Shown piece after piece: positions 7,381 to 17,238 of a stretch of DNA of 64,000 bases (position 1 is the stretch's first letter; each line of letters opens with the position of its first letter). Made by a program: the position numbers and the translations under genes. The notes below the pieces were generated by a model. That model worked only from the letters and a program-made list of their open reading frames with translations. It was not told where the DNA came from and did no database searches. The DNA comes from a virus, in IMG/VR virus record IMGVR_UViG_3300050021_000500, positions 1-64,000 of that record; one strand, written 5' to 3'.

Positions 7381-9494
7381 TTAACGTTCGTTCTCCAGCG
7401 GATCCGGTCCACCTTGCCGCCCAGCGTGTCCGTTCGCAGATCCTTCCGTTCCGTGGGGACGGCGAGGATCATGGCCGACACGATGCCGCCGAATACGTTG
7501 ACCGGGTTGTTACGAAAATTGTTCGGGTTATAGAGCGGGATGTGGTGCTGATACAGCCGGTAATTGTGCTCCGTGAGCCAGAGGCCCAAGGCTTGCGTCG
7601 ATCCCTCGCGGTCGTTCTCCACGTAGATGAGCGGCCGGCAGCGCGCGATGGTCTGCTCCGCGCCTTTGAGGACGTCCAGCTCGTGACCTTCGCAGTCAGC
7701 CTTGAGGAAGTCCAGACATTGCAGTTGGAAACAATCGAGCGTATTCTGCATGACGGTGGGGCTCAACGGGTCGGTTGGCTGTTCTATAACGGCGCACCCG
7801 CCGGGGTTCCGTGCGTCGAATCCCTGCATCCGGATCTCGCGGCAACTGGCACCGAGAGCGGAGCGGAAACTATAGACGCCGGGGCGCCCCGCATTCTCAC
7901 ACAATATCTGGAAGACACCGAGTTGTGGCTCAAACGCGAAGACGCAACCGGTGGGGGCCACGATCTGCGCCAGCACCACGGTATGCGCGCCGATGTTGGC
8001 TCCGGCTTCCACGACCACATCGCCCGGCTTCAGCAGGCGGCGGAAGAGGCCGGCTTCACCTTCAGACCATTCCCCATAAAGGTCCAACGATCGGCCGAGC
8101 CATTGGTCTGTGGGGTAGAACGTCATCGGACCGTAGCGGCACTGGCGGGTGATGGTAGTTGCTCTTATAGGCTCGACACCAGTGTTCGTTTGCAGCGTCT
8201 GTACAGCGTCGGACAAGTCCCTCTTCACCCGCTCGATCACGGCCTGCCAATCGTTTGTCTCCTCCTGCCGGTAGAGCCGCATGGAGGGATACCATGGGGT
8301 CCGCGTCCCTTCCGCGCCCCACCGCCAGTCGCTCAACGTCGAAAGCAGCACCCACACCGGCTTGCCCAGCGCGCCCGCCAAGTGCGCCATACCGGTATCG
8401 ACCGAAATCACGAGGTCCAGATGGGCCATCTCGTCGGCTACGTCTGCCCAATCGTGGCAAAGGTCCCGCAGGTTATGCAGGCCCGATTCCGTGTCCTTCA
8501 TCTGAAGCGACACGAATTCGACGCCCGGAACCTCGAGCAGGGGCTTCAGGTGTTCGAAGGCCATGGAGCGGAACTCATCGCGCGCGTGCTTCGGGTTGCC
8601 CTTCCAGGAAAGACCCACGCGAAAGCTCGATGTCCGGGTGACCGCACGACCGAGATATGGCCCTGCGGTTTCGAGAATCCGAGCCGTACCCAGTTTCAGC
8701 GGCAAGCTGCTCATGCCCACCCAGCAATCCAGTTGCACGGTATGCGCCTCGGCATCCGAGGTCACAATTCGAGCCCAGGGAAACGCGCGGGCGAACAATC
8801 GCGCCAACTCCGGATAGCCGTAGACGATTACGTTGGCGCCCAGGTCATGCAGCAGCGGCAAATAGCGCGAGAACATGATCTCGTCGCCGAGCCCCTGCTC
8901 CCGGACCACCATGATGGTCTTGCCAGCGAGCGGCTCGCCATCCCACTCCGGGTATTCATCCATCGGGGCAACCAGGCTGATGCGGCTGGGCCGGTGCTCG
9001 TAGTCCTTCCACCCCTGCGCATAATCGCCTAGTTTCAACTTCAGGCAGGCGCGGGCGAAGAGCAGATCGTGGTTGCCGGGTTCGATCTGGAGCCCATCGC
9101 AGAGAGCCCAGCCGGCGCTTTCCACCAGGCCCTGTTGCTCGTAGATCGAATAGAGCTCGAGGTAGGCCGAGACGCACATCGGGTCGGCCATCAGGGCCTG
9201 CCCACACCAGTTGTTCGCCTGAGCAAAGTCTCTCAGGTGGTCGCACGCCAACGCCAGATTGATACACGGCAAGGGGTCCTTGCTATCCAGACTGGCCGCC
9301 TGGATGAAGCACTCACGCGCGCGTGTCCACTCTTTGGCTGCCATATGGCAGCGGCCGAGGCCGTTCCAGGCTTTGGCGTTGGCTTGGTCCAACTCCAGCG
9401 CCCATTCGTAGACCCGCCGGGTGATTTCCGACTCCTTGGGCTTGGCACCGGCCAGCTCGGCGAGGAAAGCGGCGAGTTCGGTGGCGCACGTCAT
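7374..9494 (-). CDS. TPR + glycosyltransferase (GT9-like) + FkbM methyltransferase fusion
   Basis: N-terminal TPRs; EQGLGDEIMFSRY, DLVISVDTGMAHLAGALG..WRW..TPWYPSMRL; then EAGANIGAHT, AFEP, FLKADCEGHE. Confidence 0.9.
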   Translation of the reverse strand: MTCATELAAFLAELAGAKPKESEITRRVYEWALELDQANAKAWNGLGRCHMAAKEWTRARECFIQAASLDSKDPLPCINLALACDHLRDFAQANNWCGQALMADPMCVSAYLELYSIYEQQGLVESAGWALCDGLQIEPGNHDLLFARACLKLKLGDYAQGWKDYEHRPSRISLVAPMDEYPEWDGEPLAGKTIMVVREQGLGDEIMFSRYLPLLHDLGANVIVYGYPELARLFARAFPWARIVTSDAEAHTVQLDCWVGMSSLPLKLGTARILETAGPYLGRAVTRTSSFRVGLSWKGNPKHARDEFRSMAFEHLKPLLEVPGVEFVSLQMKDTESGLHNLRDLCHDWADVADEMAHLDLVISVDTGMAHLAGALGKPVWVLLSTLSDWRWGAEGTRTPWYPSMRLYRQEETNDWQAVIERVKRDLSDAVQTLQTNTGVEPIRATTITRQCRYGPMTFYPTDQWLGRSLDLYGEWSEGEAGLFRRLLKPGDVVVEAGANIGAHTVVLAQIVAPTGCVFAFEPQLGVFQILCENAGRPGVYSFRSALGASCREIRMQGFDARNPGGCAVIEQPTDPLSPTVMQNTLDCFQLQCLDFLKADCEGHELDVLKGAEQTIARCRPLIYVENDREGSTQALGLWLTEHNYRLYQHHIPLYNPNNFRNNPVNVFGGIVSAMILAVPTERKDLRTDTLGGKVDRIRWRTNVNA

Positions 9495-9830
9495 TTATGC
9501 CGCCGCCTTTGTCGTCACGTTCCGCGCGGCGCCGCACCGGGCGCACACGTCCTCCAGCCAATCGTGCCGCATCCAAGGTGCCCGACACCGCGGAGCCTTA
9601 CGCGCGCGGCTCGCCTTTGAAGGCGAGGAGGTAACGGCGGCAAGCGTGCCGCGGAAGCTGCCGTCCGGAGCAACCCGGTACACGCGCTCCCGGTCCATTT
9701 CGATCACGTCGCCCGGCTTGCCGCGGTACAGCGTGCCACGCCCGCGCTCCGCGCTCCGGCGAACCGCCGCTTTGCTGGTCCCCCGAGCAAAGGTCCTCTC
9801 TGCCGCCAACTTCTGTAATCCCGTCATCAT
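9495..9830 (-). CDS. Basic hypothetical protein with C-terminal Zn-knuckle
   Basis: C...HDW...CARCG; translationally coupled. Confidence 0.55.
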   Translation of the reverse strand: MMTGLQKLAAERTFARGTSKAAVRRSAERGRGTLYRGKPGDVIEMDRERVYRVAPDGSFRGTLAAVTSSPSKASRARKAPRCRAPWMRHDWLEDVCARCGAARNVTTKAAA

Positions 9831-10048
9831 ATGAGTTTCTCCGTGAATCCCCCGTGCAGCGCCAGCAAGTCGTTTTCGACTTTCTGCGCGATCGCCGCCA
9901 CCGCTGGTGCCATGTACATCTTCAGTAGATCCGGTACCGCCAGCACCTTGGTCACATCCGAAATCTGGAACGTCGCTTCCGCATGAACTCCCGTTTCTTC
10001 CGCCATCGAAGTCCCCCTTACCAATTTCTCCAACACCAGCCGAGCCAA
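9827..10048 (-). CDS. Mini-protein homologous to an internal segment of the major capsid protein
   Basis: HAEATFQISDVTKVLAVPDLLKMYMAPAVAAIAQKVENDLLALHGGFT vs own capsid HVESTFNIPDATKVLASVDLLDTYLRPAIIAIATRIENDLLACYTLFT. Confidence 0.8.
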   Translation of the reverse strand: MARLVLEKLVRGTSMAEETGVHAEATFQISDVTKVLAVPDLLKMYMAPAVAAIAQKVENDLLALHGGFTEKLI

Positions 10049-10153
10049 TACGCCGTGAAGCGGCGCCGGCCATGCCAGTTGAATTGCGGCACTAACTGGA
10101 AGCCCGTGATCGCGCGCACCGAATGATGCGGGCGCGGCAACCGGAACGCGAAC

Positions 10154-11764
10154 TTACGCCACTGCCCCCACTTCATTTTTCGCCTGCTGTCGCGTGGCCA
10201 GCCGGTTGAAGCTCTGCGCAAAGGCCTGCTGCTGTTGAGCTACCTGCTGATCCTTCCCTTGCTGCTCGCGTTCCGCCGTGGTAGGCGATGCGTCGATTTC
10301 GTCGAAGATCGTTTGCTTGATGTCTTCGTTGCGGTCTTCGAGATAGTCCGCCGCCACTCGCTTCATACAGGCTTTTTCCAGCGTCTTGCTGGCTTCGAAG
10401 ATGCCAAGATCCAGCATCTCCTGGGCAGTCCCAATGGATTCGGTCACCGGCTCCGTGGTGAAGGTGAAACCAGAAACGTCCAGAGTGGTTGTCTCGTCGT
10501 CTCCCCCGCGGGCGACTACCACGTCGGCGAATACGTCCTGCATGACGTTGATGATGCGGTCGCCGAAGCCGTTGAGAATTTCGTTGGCCGGCATCATGTC
10601 TATCTCTTTCGAATAGCCGGAGGCTCCCGACGCCGAAGCGCTCGAAGATCGTCCCTGCGCCTGAAGGTAGAAACTTCGGTAGATTTCCTCGCGCAAGGTA
10701 TCGAGGCGGGCCTGCGAAAGCGCGTAACTGGCCGCCGGCGGCGCCGCCCATTCGAACTTGTCGTTCGGGCCGAACATCAGGTAGCCCACTTGCGAGATGG
10801 TCATCGGCCCGGGATCGCGGTCGCTGAACACAATCGGCATGGGGATGTTGCCCATGAACAAGCCCCAGGCCAGCGAATTGTCCTGGTTCAGGTGATCGAC
10901 CAATTGCAGGAAGCTGCGATTGCCCAGCCACAATTCCTCAGGCAACACGATACGGCGGATGGGCACCCGATTGACCGCGGCCAGGGCGTGCGTTCCCTCA
11001 TCTTCCAACTCGGCAAAGGCGCTTTCCTGCTGGATGTTTTTCCCGTTGGAATCGATCAGTTGAATGGTCTGACCGTCCGTGAATCCGTCCTGGTTCTTGC
11101 CCTGGATCGCCTTCTCGGTGCCGTCCCACTTGTAGACCTGGTATTTCTGCCGGTCGAAGTAATACCAGCGGATCACGGTCCCCGATGCTTCGAGAAACGT
11201 GCGCTGGTCCTCGATGGCTTTGATGACCACCCATTCCAGGTTGCCGGCTTCGTCCGTCGCCCAATTCAGCACGTCCTGCGGGGCGTACTGCACCACGTAG
11301 GGCTTGTCGAGGCCCATCTGCTGTTCATCGGCGCGGCTCTGCGGCTCCGCCAGGGCTTTCGGGCGGTCCGTCAGTATCCAGGCTCGGCCATAGAGCGCCA
11401 AGTTGCGGAACGTCGCCCGGTGAAAATCGCTGTAGGAGCTCGCGGCGCGGTCGCAATTGCCAAGGAACTCCTTGTACCAGGGATCGGCGCCATCCGGCTT
11501 GATGTTGATCTGTGGATTCCTGCGCCAGAGCTGCGAGGTATACCAGCCCAAGACGGTGCCCAGGATGTTCTGGTAGGTCAACCGGCGGATTCTTTCTGCG
11601 TATACATCAACGAGCTCCTTCGGCGCCCTCACCAGGAACTGCTCGGCCGCCTGCTTGAGCCGGATTCCCCCGGAGGCGAGAAGCTCGAACATCTCCCAGG
11701 CCTCAGAGTAAAGCACATGCTCAGGGGAGCGGCGGTTGAGTTTGGCAACGGGGACTTGGGGCAT
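10154..11764 (-). CDS. Portal protein
   Basis: 536 aa downstream of terL; Y..R..R..Y.N, YGRAWILTD, PY..QY.PQD.LNW, ASG.SKEID pattern of SPP1/DUF4055-like portals. Confidence 0.85.
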   Translation of the reverse strand: MPQVPVAKLNRRSPEHVLYSEAWEMFELLASGGIRLKQAAEQFLVRAPKELVDVYAERIRRLTYQNILGTVLGWYTSQLWRRNPQINIKPDGADPWYKEFLGNCDRAASSYSDFHRATFRNLALYGRAWILTDRPKALAEPQSRADEQQMGLDKPYVVQYAPQDVLNWATDEAGNLEWVVIKAIEDQRTFLEASGTVIRWYYFDRQKYQVYKWDGTEKAIQGKNQDGFTDGQTIQLIDSNGKNIQQESAFAELEDEGTHALAAVNRVPIRRIVLPEELWLGNRSFLQLVDHLNQDNSLAWGLFMGNIPMPIVFSDRDPGPMTISQVGYLMFGPNDKFEWAAPPAASYALSQARLDTLREEIYRSFYLQAQGRSSSASASGASGYSKEIDMMPANEILNGFGDRIINVMQDVFADVVVARGGDDETTTLDVSGFTFTTEPVTESIGTAQEMLDLGIFEASKTLEKACMKRVAADYLEDRNEDIKQTIFDEIDASPTTAEREQQGKDQQVAQQQQAFAQSFNRLATRQQAKNEVGAVA

Positions 11765-11774
11765 TCAGGGAGCC

Positions 11775-12107
11775 TTAATTTGAAACGAGCGTAACTTTCA
11801 CTTTTTGGCCCGAGGTGCCATGGACCCAGAAGACCGCGGGATCCACCAGGTATGCGCCGGACACCGGATCGTTGAAGCGGTCCAACGGCACGCCGGTCAC
11901 TGGGGCCGCGAGCTCCTGGATACTGACGCCCGTTCCATTGTTGGAAACATTGGCGAGTCCGACGTAGGCCGCGGCGCCGTTGCCGCGCAAGGGCTCGATC
12001 AGGACGCGCCGCGCCAGGGCATGTGCCGGCCAGTCGGTGACGCCGTTGGTGGGATCCGTCAATTGGATAGCGGTGGAACCGAAGGTAATCAAGGCTGAAA
12101 AGATCAT
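11775..12107 (-). CDS. Hypothetical small beta-rich structural protein
   Basis: AAGGAG RBS, 110 aa. Confidence 0.6.
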   Translation of the reverse strand: MIFSALITFGSTAIQLTDPTNGVTDWPAHALARRVLIEPLRGNGAAAYVGLANVSNNGTGVSIQELAAPVTGVPLDRFNDPVSGAYLVDPAVFWVHGTSGQKVKVTLVSN

Positions 12108-12153
12108 AAAACTCCTTTGCGCGAGAAACCGCTGGCTTCAGCCGCGCGGTTGC

Positions 12154-13137
12154 TTATGCCCCATACCCCACAAACGGGACCGCAGGGGCTGCCGGCGGGA
12201 CCACATCATCTCCGCGGCCTTCCAGATACGCGATAATCTCGTTTTCCATGTCCGGCTTGTTGCCCACGAACTGCCAGAGGCCCTGCGGATCCTTCACCAG
12301 GTCGGTTGACGCATCGAAGGCGTACTTGGTCAAAATCTGCCACCGCGTGCTGTAGCCGCGCTGGTTGATCGGCCCGTGATAGTAGTGGATCGCGTGATTG
12401 TCCACCACCCCGATGCGCCCGTGCAGCAGCGCGGCGCGTGCCGCCCATTGCTCGAGCGCCCGGCAGTATCCGGGGCTAACCATTTGCTTGCGCAGGTACG
12501 GATCCGTCAGCCCCAACAGGGCGAAAATCATGTGCCAGTCGGCGCTGCCCACGGGCTCGGTGTCCAGTAGGCCGCCCAGCGTCTGGTAGGCTGAACGCGT
12601 CATTGCCCATGCTCCGCCGGTGGCGCCCAGCCATCCGGTCCCCTCTGCATCGGGGCGCTTGCCCTGCCGCCAGGCTCCCATGAAACTGGGCATCGTGCTT
12701 TCGTGCCGGAACCCGGACTGCAAGGCGCTGTAGCTCGTGAACAACTGCACTACCGGATAACGCTGCATCAGGTGGATGGCCTCGTAGGGCCAGTCCGGCC
12801 GCGTCATCTGCATATCGGCGTCGATGAAGGCCAAGTACTGGCACTCCGGGCCCATGCGCTGCACGGCGATATTTTGCAGGTTCTCCTTGTACCACATGTC
12901 CTGATTGGTGCGCAGTTGGATATGCAGCGGGTTGCCGGCTTCGGTCAGTTCGAACGCCCGTCTGCCATAGGCCAGTTCCACGGTGTGGAGGACAACGCCC
13001 GACGCCGCCATGTGCTCCGCGAAACAGCGGTAGTGCATGTAGCGGCTACGGAAACGGTCCGGGTTGAATACGGCTGCGACCACGTGCAGACGGTCTTCGA
13101 TTGGTTTTACGTGAGGGGAAACGTGCGAGCAGTTCAT
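12154..13137 (-). CDS. Glycosyltransferase-like protein (GT-A fold)
   Basis: MWYKENLQNIA...YLAFIDAD (DxD), GGAWA, GSAD, HYYHG..RGY..RW. Confidence 0.7.
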   Translation of the reverse strand: MNCSHVSPHVKPIEDRLHVVAAVFNPDRFRSRYMHYRCFAEHMAASGVVLHTVELAYGRRAFELTEAGNPLHIQLRTNQDMWYKENLQNIAVQRMGPECQYLAFIDADMQMTRPDWPYEAIHLMQRYPVVQLFTSYSALQSGFRHESTMPSFMGAWRQGKRPDAEGTGWLGATGGAWAMTRSAYQTLGGLLDTEPVGSADWHMIFALLGLTDPYLRKQMVSPGYCRALEQWAARAALLHGRIGVVDNHAIHYYHGPINQRGYSTRWQILTKYAFDASTDLVKDPQGLWQFVGNKPDMENEIIAYLEGRGDDVVPPAAPAVPFVGYGA

Positions 13138-13505
13138 TTCTTTTTGATTCTGTTTTGGGGCTTTTGAAGCTGCTGTCCCGTCGCCGGATGTTCTTTGTCG
13201 AACCCAGTCAGCATCCCGTTGTCTGCCAGCACCTGATACATGCCAAAGGAAAGCGCGGTAACGATTTCTTCTTCGAGCTTGTCATCCTTCAATCGTTTCG
13301 ATAGCCCGGTCTGCCATGCGACCGCGTGCATGATCTCGTGCAGAAGACACTGTTTTTTCTTCTGGTCCGTGGTGTTGGGGTCGATGTAAATCGTCTGGGT
13401 CGCGTAGTGACAAGACCCGAAGACGCTGCCCTCTCTGGACACAGCGTCCGACTCCACCACCTTCCACTCGAACCCGTTGATCTTGAGCGTCGCCGGCAGT
13501 TTCAT
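13134..13505 (-). CDS. HEXXH zinc metallopeptidase-like protein
   Basis: G.CHY..QTIYID...CLLHEIMHA...EE.V. Confidence 0.75.
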   Translation of the reverse strand: MKLPATLKINGFEWKVVESDAVSREGSVFGSCHYATQTIYIDPNTTDQKKKQCLLHEIMHAVAWQTGLSKRLKDDKLEEEIVTALSFGMYQVLADNGMLTGFDKEHPATGQQLQKPQNRIKKK

Positions 13506-13801
13506 AGTGAGTTCCGTCGTTCTTTGATCTGTCGCACAATTTCGCCGGCCATCGCTTCGTCGTCTGCCCACTGCTCTGCGCCAGGGGAACGCCGCAGTGC
13601 CGCTAACGCGCTCCGCAGCCATTCGAATGCCTGCCTCACGTTCGATTGAAGGCCGGCCGGGCCATCGGACGCCAACAACGCCGCAATCTCGCCCACGCCG
13701 GCCTTGCCGTATTTCTCCTTGGCAGCTTCGACCTGGATTTGGGCGGCTCGCTCTGCAAGCAGGCGGCGCACGTTAGGTCCGAGGGGAGTTTTCGTGGTCA
13801 T
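13502..13801 (-). CDS. Hypothetical protein
   Basis: 99-aa coupled ORF. Confidence 0.55.
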   Translation of the reverse strand: MTTKTPLGPNVRRLLAERAAQIQVEAAKEKYGKAGVGEIAALLASDGPAGLQSNVRQAFEWLRSALAALRRSPGAEQWADDEAMAGEIVRQIKERRNSL

Positions 13802-13886
13802 AACGGGTGTGGTTGGCTGCCCTATCGTGTGGTTATGTGTTGGGCGGCATCACACCGCCCTGTCAGATTCAGCTCCGCTAGCGTTC

Positions 13887-14135
13887 TTACAGCTCAGATG
13901 CGGCGCCCATCAAGGCGCTCGCCACTGCCCGCGCCTGCGCCTTCGTCATGAGCACTATCGTCTCGATGAAATGCCGGTCTTCCATCGTGTCGCTCTCTGC
14001 CGGCTGCGCAATCCGAATGGCCGTCTTCTTCGACTCTTCGTGCTTCCCGCCCACTCCATGCGCTGGGTTATAAATCTCCAGCATCATTTCTTGCGCGTCT
14101 CCGGTACCCTGCAAAAACCTAAATGTGACGTTCAT
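13887..14135 (-). CDS. Hypothetical protein
   Basis: AAGGAG RBS before MNVTFRF. Confidence 0.55.
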   Translation of the reverse strand: MNVTFRFLQGTGDAQEMMLEIYNPAHGVGGKHEESKKTAIRIAQPAESDTMEDRHFIETIVLMTKAQARAVASALMGAASEL

Positions 14136-14207
14136 CGTTTTGCTCCTTGTACGTGGCCTTTCGGTCGCCACGAAACCGTGTTTTGAAAGTGCTATCCCGT
14201 GATCCCG

Positions 14208-15569
14208 TTAGATCAGCCGTTCCGGCCTCGCCCCGCCCGGCTGCCGTAGGCCCATCTCGCTTTCGATCAGATACCCGAGCGCGTCGGACACGTGCGTCAA
14301 CTGCGGATCCGAGGTCTGATCGAGCGATCCGGTACCCGGCTTGAACGTCACCCGCTCCAAGTCGCGCACCAGGTTCTTGCATCGCGGATCCACGAACACG
14401 CGGCGCTGCTGCTGGGAATTACAGAGCCCGGCATTCACCGCGGCGACGCGATCGCGCACCGATGGATTCGAGGACTTGTACTTGAAACTGACCTGGTATT
14501 CTCGCCGGTTGGCGAAGAACTGCCGGATCACCGCCCAATCGCTGTTGGCGCCGGCGCCCACCGCCCGCTGTCTCGCACTACCCGAGGCGTCACCGTAGAC
14601 GTAGACCTGGAGAGGAGTTCCGTGGTGAAAGAGCTTCGTGTGCTCCACAAACTCTTCGCAGGCTTCCGGGGTATTCGAATCCGGCAGAAACAATTCGTCG
14701 ATCACGTGCACCGCCAGGCGTCTGCGGCCCATCAGGACATCGCTGCGATCCGACTGGTCTTCGATCTGAGCGATTATCGAGCACATGGGGTTGATGTTGA
14801 AATCCAGAGACCAGTAAAGCGGGCTGCGCGGTTCGTATTCCAATTCGCGGACGTTCTGCCGGCGGTCGAAGGCGTAGTAGGCGGCTCCGCTGTTGAGCGA
14901 GAGGTACTCGCCCATCACCTCTTGCCGGTAGAGCCGTTCGTCGTAACCCGCTTGCAGGGCTTCGTACATCCCGGTCTCGGCCACGTACTTGTTCTCGCGC
15001 GGAGAAGCCAGGGTGGCTTTGTAGCCCGGCTTCGGATCCGCGATGAAGGTCTCGTAGACCCAATCGAAGCCCTTGGGCGTCCATGCGGCGAATCCGCATC
15101 TCCGGTTGGCCGCAGGATGCCGCAACCTGCCTTGTAACCGGCTCCAGGCGGCCGGCGGGCAGTAGGTCAGTTCATCCAGTCCGAACCATGCCAGGTTCGT
15201 GCCGCGCAACCGTTCGAAGTTGTCCAGGCTGCGAAACAGAATCTCGGAGCCATAGAAGGGCGGGTCCGGCAGCGTCAGGATGCTTTCGGTAACCCCAAAG
15301 TCGAAACGGATATCCTCGGAGTCCAGAATCTCGTAGACCGTCCGCAGGGTGGCATCGCGCAGCATCGGGTACGTCGGGGCTCCTATGAGCCCGGGCAACC
15401 CAGGATTCATCGCCGCCAGAAAGAGCGCCTCGTAAATCAGCGCATACGATTTTCCGCTGCCAATCGGCCCAGAGTAGCCCTTGTAGAGCGTGCTCAGGTC
15501 GGCGTGGAATCTTCGTTGACTGGGGAGAGGCTCATATCGCCAGCCGGTTTCAACTGCTTCAGCAACCAT
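14208..15569 (-). CDS. terL: Terminase large subunit
   Basis: Walker A GPIGSGKS, Walker B GLDE, TPKGFDW, nuclease DFNINPM and HVSDALGY. Confidence 0.95.
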   Translation of the reverse strand: MVAEAVETGWRYEPLPSQRRFHADLSTLYKGYSGPIGSGKSYALIYEALFLAAMNPGLPGLIGAPTYPMLRDATLRTVYEILDSEDIRFDFGVTESILTLPDPPFYGSEILFRSLDNFERLRGTNLAWFGLDELTYCPPAAWSRLQGRLRHPAANRRCGFAAWTPKGFDWVYETFIADPKPGYKATLASPRENKYVAETGMYEALQAGYDERLYRQEVMGEYLSLNSGAAYYAFDRRQNVRELEYEPRSPLYWSLDFNINPMCSIIAQIEDQSDRSDVLMGRRRLAVHVIDELFLPDSNTPEACEEFVEHTKLFHHGTPLQVYVYGDASGSARQRAVGAGANSDWAVIRQFFANRREYQVSFKYKSSNPSVRDRVAAVNAGLCNSQQQRRVFVDPRCKNLVRDLERVTFKPGTGSLDQTSDPQLTHVSDALGYLIESEMGLRQPGGARPERLI

Positions 15570-15910
15570 TCGGGTAGGACTGCCTTATGCGCGATTGCTC
15601 CGGAGTGATCGACGGCCCACTGGTCGCGCTGTCCCAGGAGCTGCTTGCCCAGCCAGATCTGGGCCGTGACGTTGCCGGCGTTGGCCGATTTCCACTGAAG
15701 GCGCCGCAACGTCGCGCGGCCGCGGGCCTTACCCCGCTCGATCGATTCCAGAAACTTCGGGTCTTTCTGCCGGCGCATCAGGGTGCGCTTAGAGATGCGC
15801 AGCTCGGCGGCGATCTCTTCCACCGTGCAGCCCATGGCCGCCATCAGCTCCACCTTCTCGATGTCTACGGCGACAGGGGGGCGGCCGGTAGGGTTCTTGG
15901 AAGGAGGCAT
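15494..15910 (-). CDS. terS: Terminase small subunit
   Basis: GRP..HTH (CTVEEIAAEL.IS..TL), LRRLQW..A..GN..AQIWLGKQ.LGQRD. Confidence 0.85.
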   Translation of the reverse strand: MPPSKNPTGRPPVAVDIEKVELMAAMGCTVEEIAAELRISKRTLMRRQKDPKFLESIERGKARGRATLRRLQWKSANAGNVTAQIWLGKQLLGQRDQWAVDHSGAIAHKAVLPEWLLKQLKPAGDMSLSPVNEDSTPT

Positions 15911-15916
15911 GGTTTA

Positions 15917-16022
15917 GGTTGAGAAGGCTTCGTGGTTGCGTGGCTTCTGCCAGGCGGCTCGTGCTCCGCCGCCGACGCTACCGTCATCGGGCAAAAGCGG
16001 CCCGATGCAGCATCGGCTCTGG
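15917..16022 (-). repeat. Paired hairpin element C (R-type stem, immediately upstream of terS)
   Basis: CCAGA GCCGATGCTGC [ATCGGGC..GCCCGAT] GACG GTAGCGTCGGC GGCG..GAGC..CCACGAAGCCTT. Confidence 0.9.
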
Positions 16023-16164
16023 GATAACGGCTAACCTATTGACTGCCTAGGCGGTAAAGTCCTTGTTTTCCTTACCTTGGCGTCCTATAGTTGTTTTGTA
16101 AGCAGGGTTCAGAAGCGGCCACTAACCGCCGCTGAACCCTTAAATCGAACACTGGAGACACCCA

Positions 16165-16996
16165 ATGTCCAACCTAACGAATAGTATCACCCGCGGTAAC
16201 CAGCACCTGACGAACGACCAACTGATGCGCACGGCGCCTTCCGTGTTCGCAACCCAGCCATGGGACCGGATGAGCGCGAAATACGCCTTCATCCCCACCA
16301 TCCAAGTGGTGGAGAAAATGCGCAGCGAGGGCTTCGTCCCGGTCGCCGCATCTCAATCCCGCACCCGTATCGAGGGCAAGCAGGATTTCACCAAGCACAT
16401 GATCCGCTTCCGCGACGTGCGCAACGGCGACGCCCCGGCCATCCGGACGCTGGGCTCGATCTACCCCGAGCTGGTTCTGACGAATTCCCACGACGGCGCG
16501 TCCGCTTACAAACTCGACGCGGGTCTGTTTCGCCTGGTCTGCCTCAACGGCATGGTTGTCAGCGACGGGACCGTGTCGCAGATCAACGTCCGCCACTCGG
16601 GATCGGTAGACGGCATCATCGACGCGCCGTACTCGATAGTCGAGGAGTTCCCGAAGATGCTCGAATCGGTCGAGAAGTTTTCCCAGCTCCGCCTGAACGA
16701 AGGCCAGCGCGCCGCGTTTGCCACGGCTGCCCTTGAACTTCGCTACGATGCCGGCGAATCGCCCATCACACCCGCGCAGGTGATGCGCCCGCGCCGGCTC
16801 GAAGACAACGACCCGACACTTCTGGAACACGTTCAACGTCGCCCAAGAGAACCTGGTCGGCGGAGGCCTGCGCGGCCGTAACAGCGAGACTCAGCGCCGC
16901 ATGCACACCCGCCCGGTCGCCGGGATCAGCGAGAACACCCGCCTGAACAAGGCGCTTTGGACCCTCACCGAGGAGATGCGCAAGCTCGTTGCGTAG
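16165..16996 (+). pseudogene. DUF932/DUF945-family protein with a 1-nt frameshift near 16821
   Basis: APSVFA..S.KY.FIPT, KHMIRF, NSHDG.SAY, FRLVCLNG; conserved tail WNTFNVAQENL..GG...LNKALW continues in the shifted frame to TAG 16996. Confidence 0.85.
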
Positions 16997-17052
16997 GGAT
17001 GGCGGGGGGGCTTTGACCCCCCTCCCCATTTTCACTGGAGAGATCAATCCCA

Positions 17053-17238
17053 ATGCAAACCAAAACAGAAGCGCCGCCGATCCCCGCTGCGGCTGACACC
17101 GAGCGCGCCGCCCGTCTGGACGCGGAGCGCGTCACATGGGAATTCCGCGCACCTTCCGCGCGCCGGCTGGATGCCGGGCGCCAACCCATTAACGAAAGCC
17201 CGCTCTTTGGTGGAGCGGCACAAGAGGAGATGTTCTGA
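17053..17238 (+). CDS. Hypothetical protein
   Basis: GGAG RBS; 61 aa. Confidence 0.55.
   Translation: MQTKTEAPPIPAAADTERAARLDAERVTWEFRAPSARRLDAGRQPINESPLFGGAAQEEMF

Noticed and set aside
162-15137. Long plus-strand ORFs (e.g. 162..1496, 7542..9032, 10235..11794, 14292..15137)
   Set aside because: Antisense shadows of real GC-rich genes, with no recognisable motifs.
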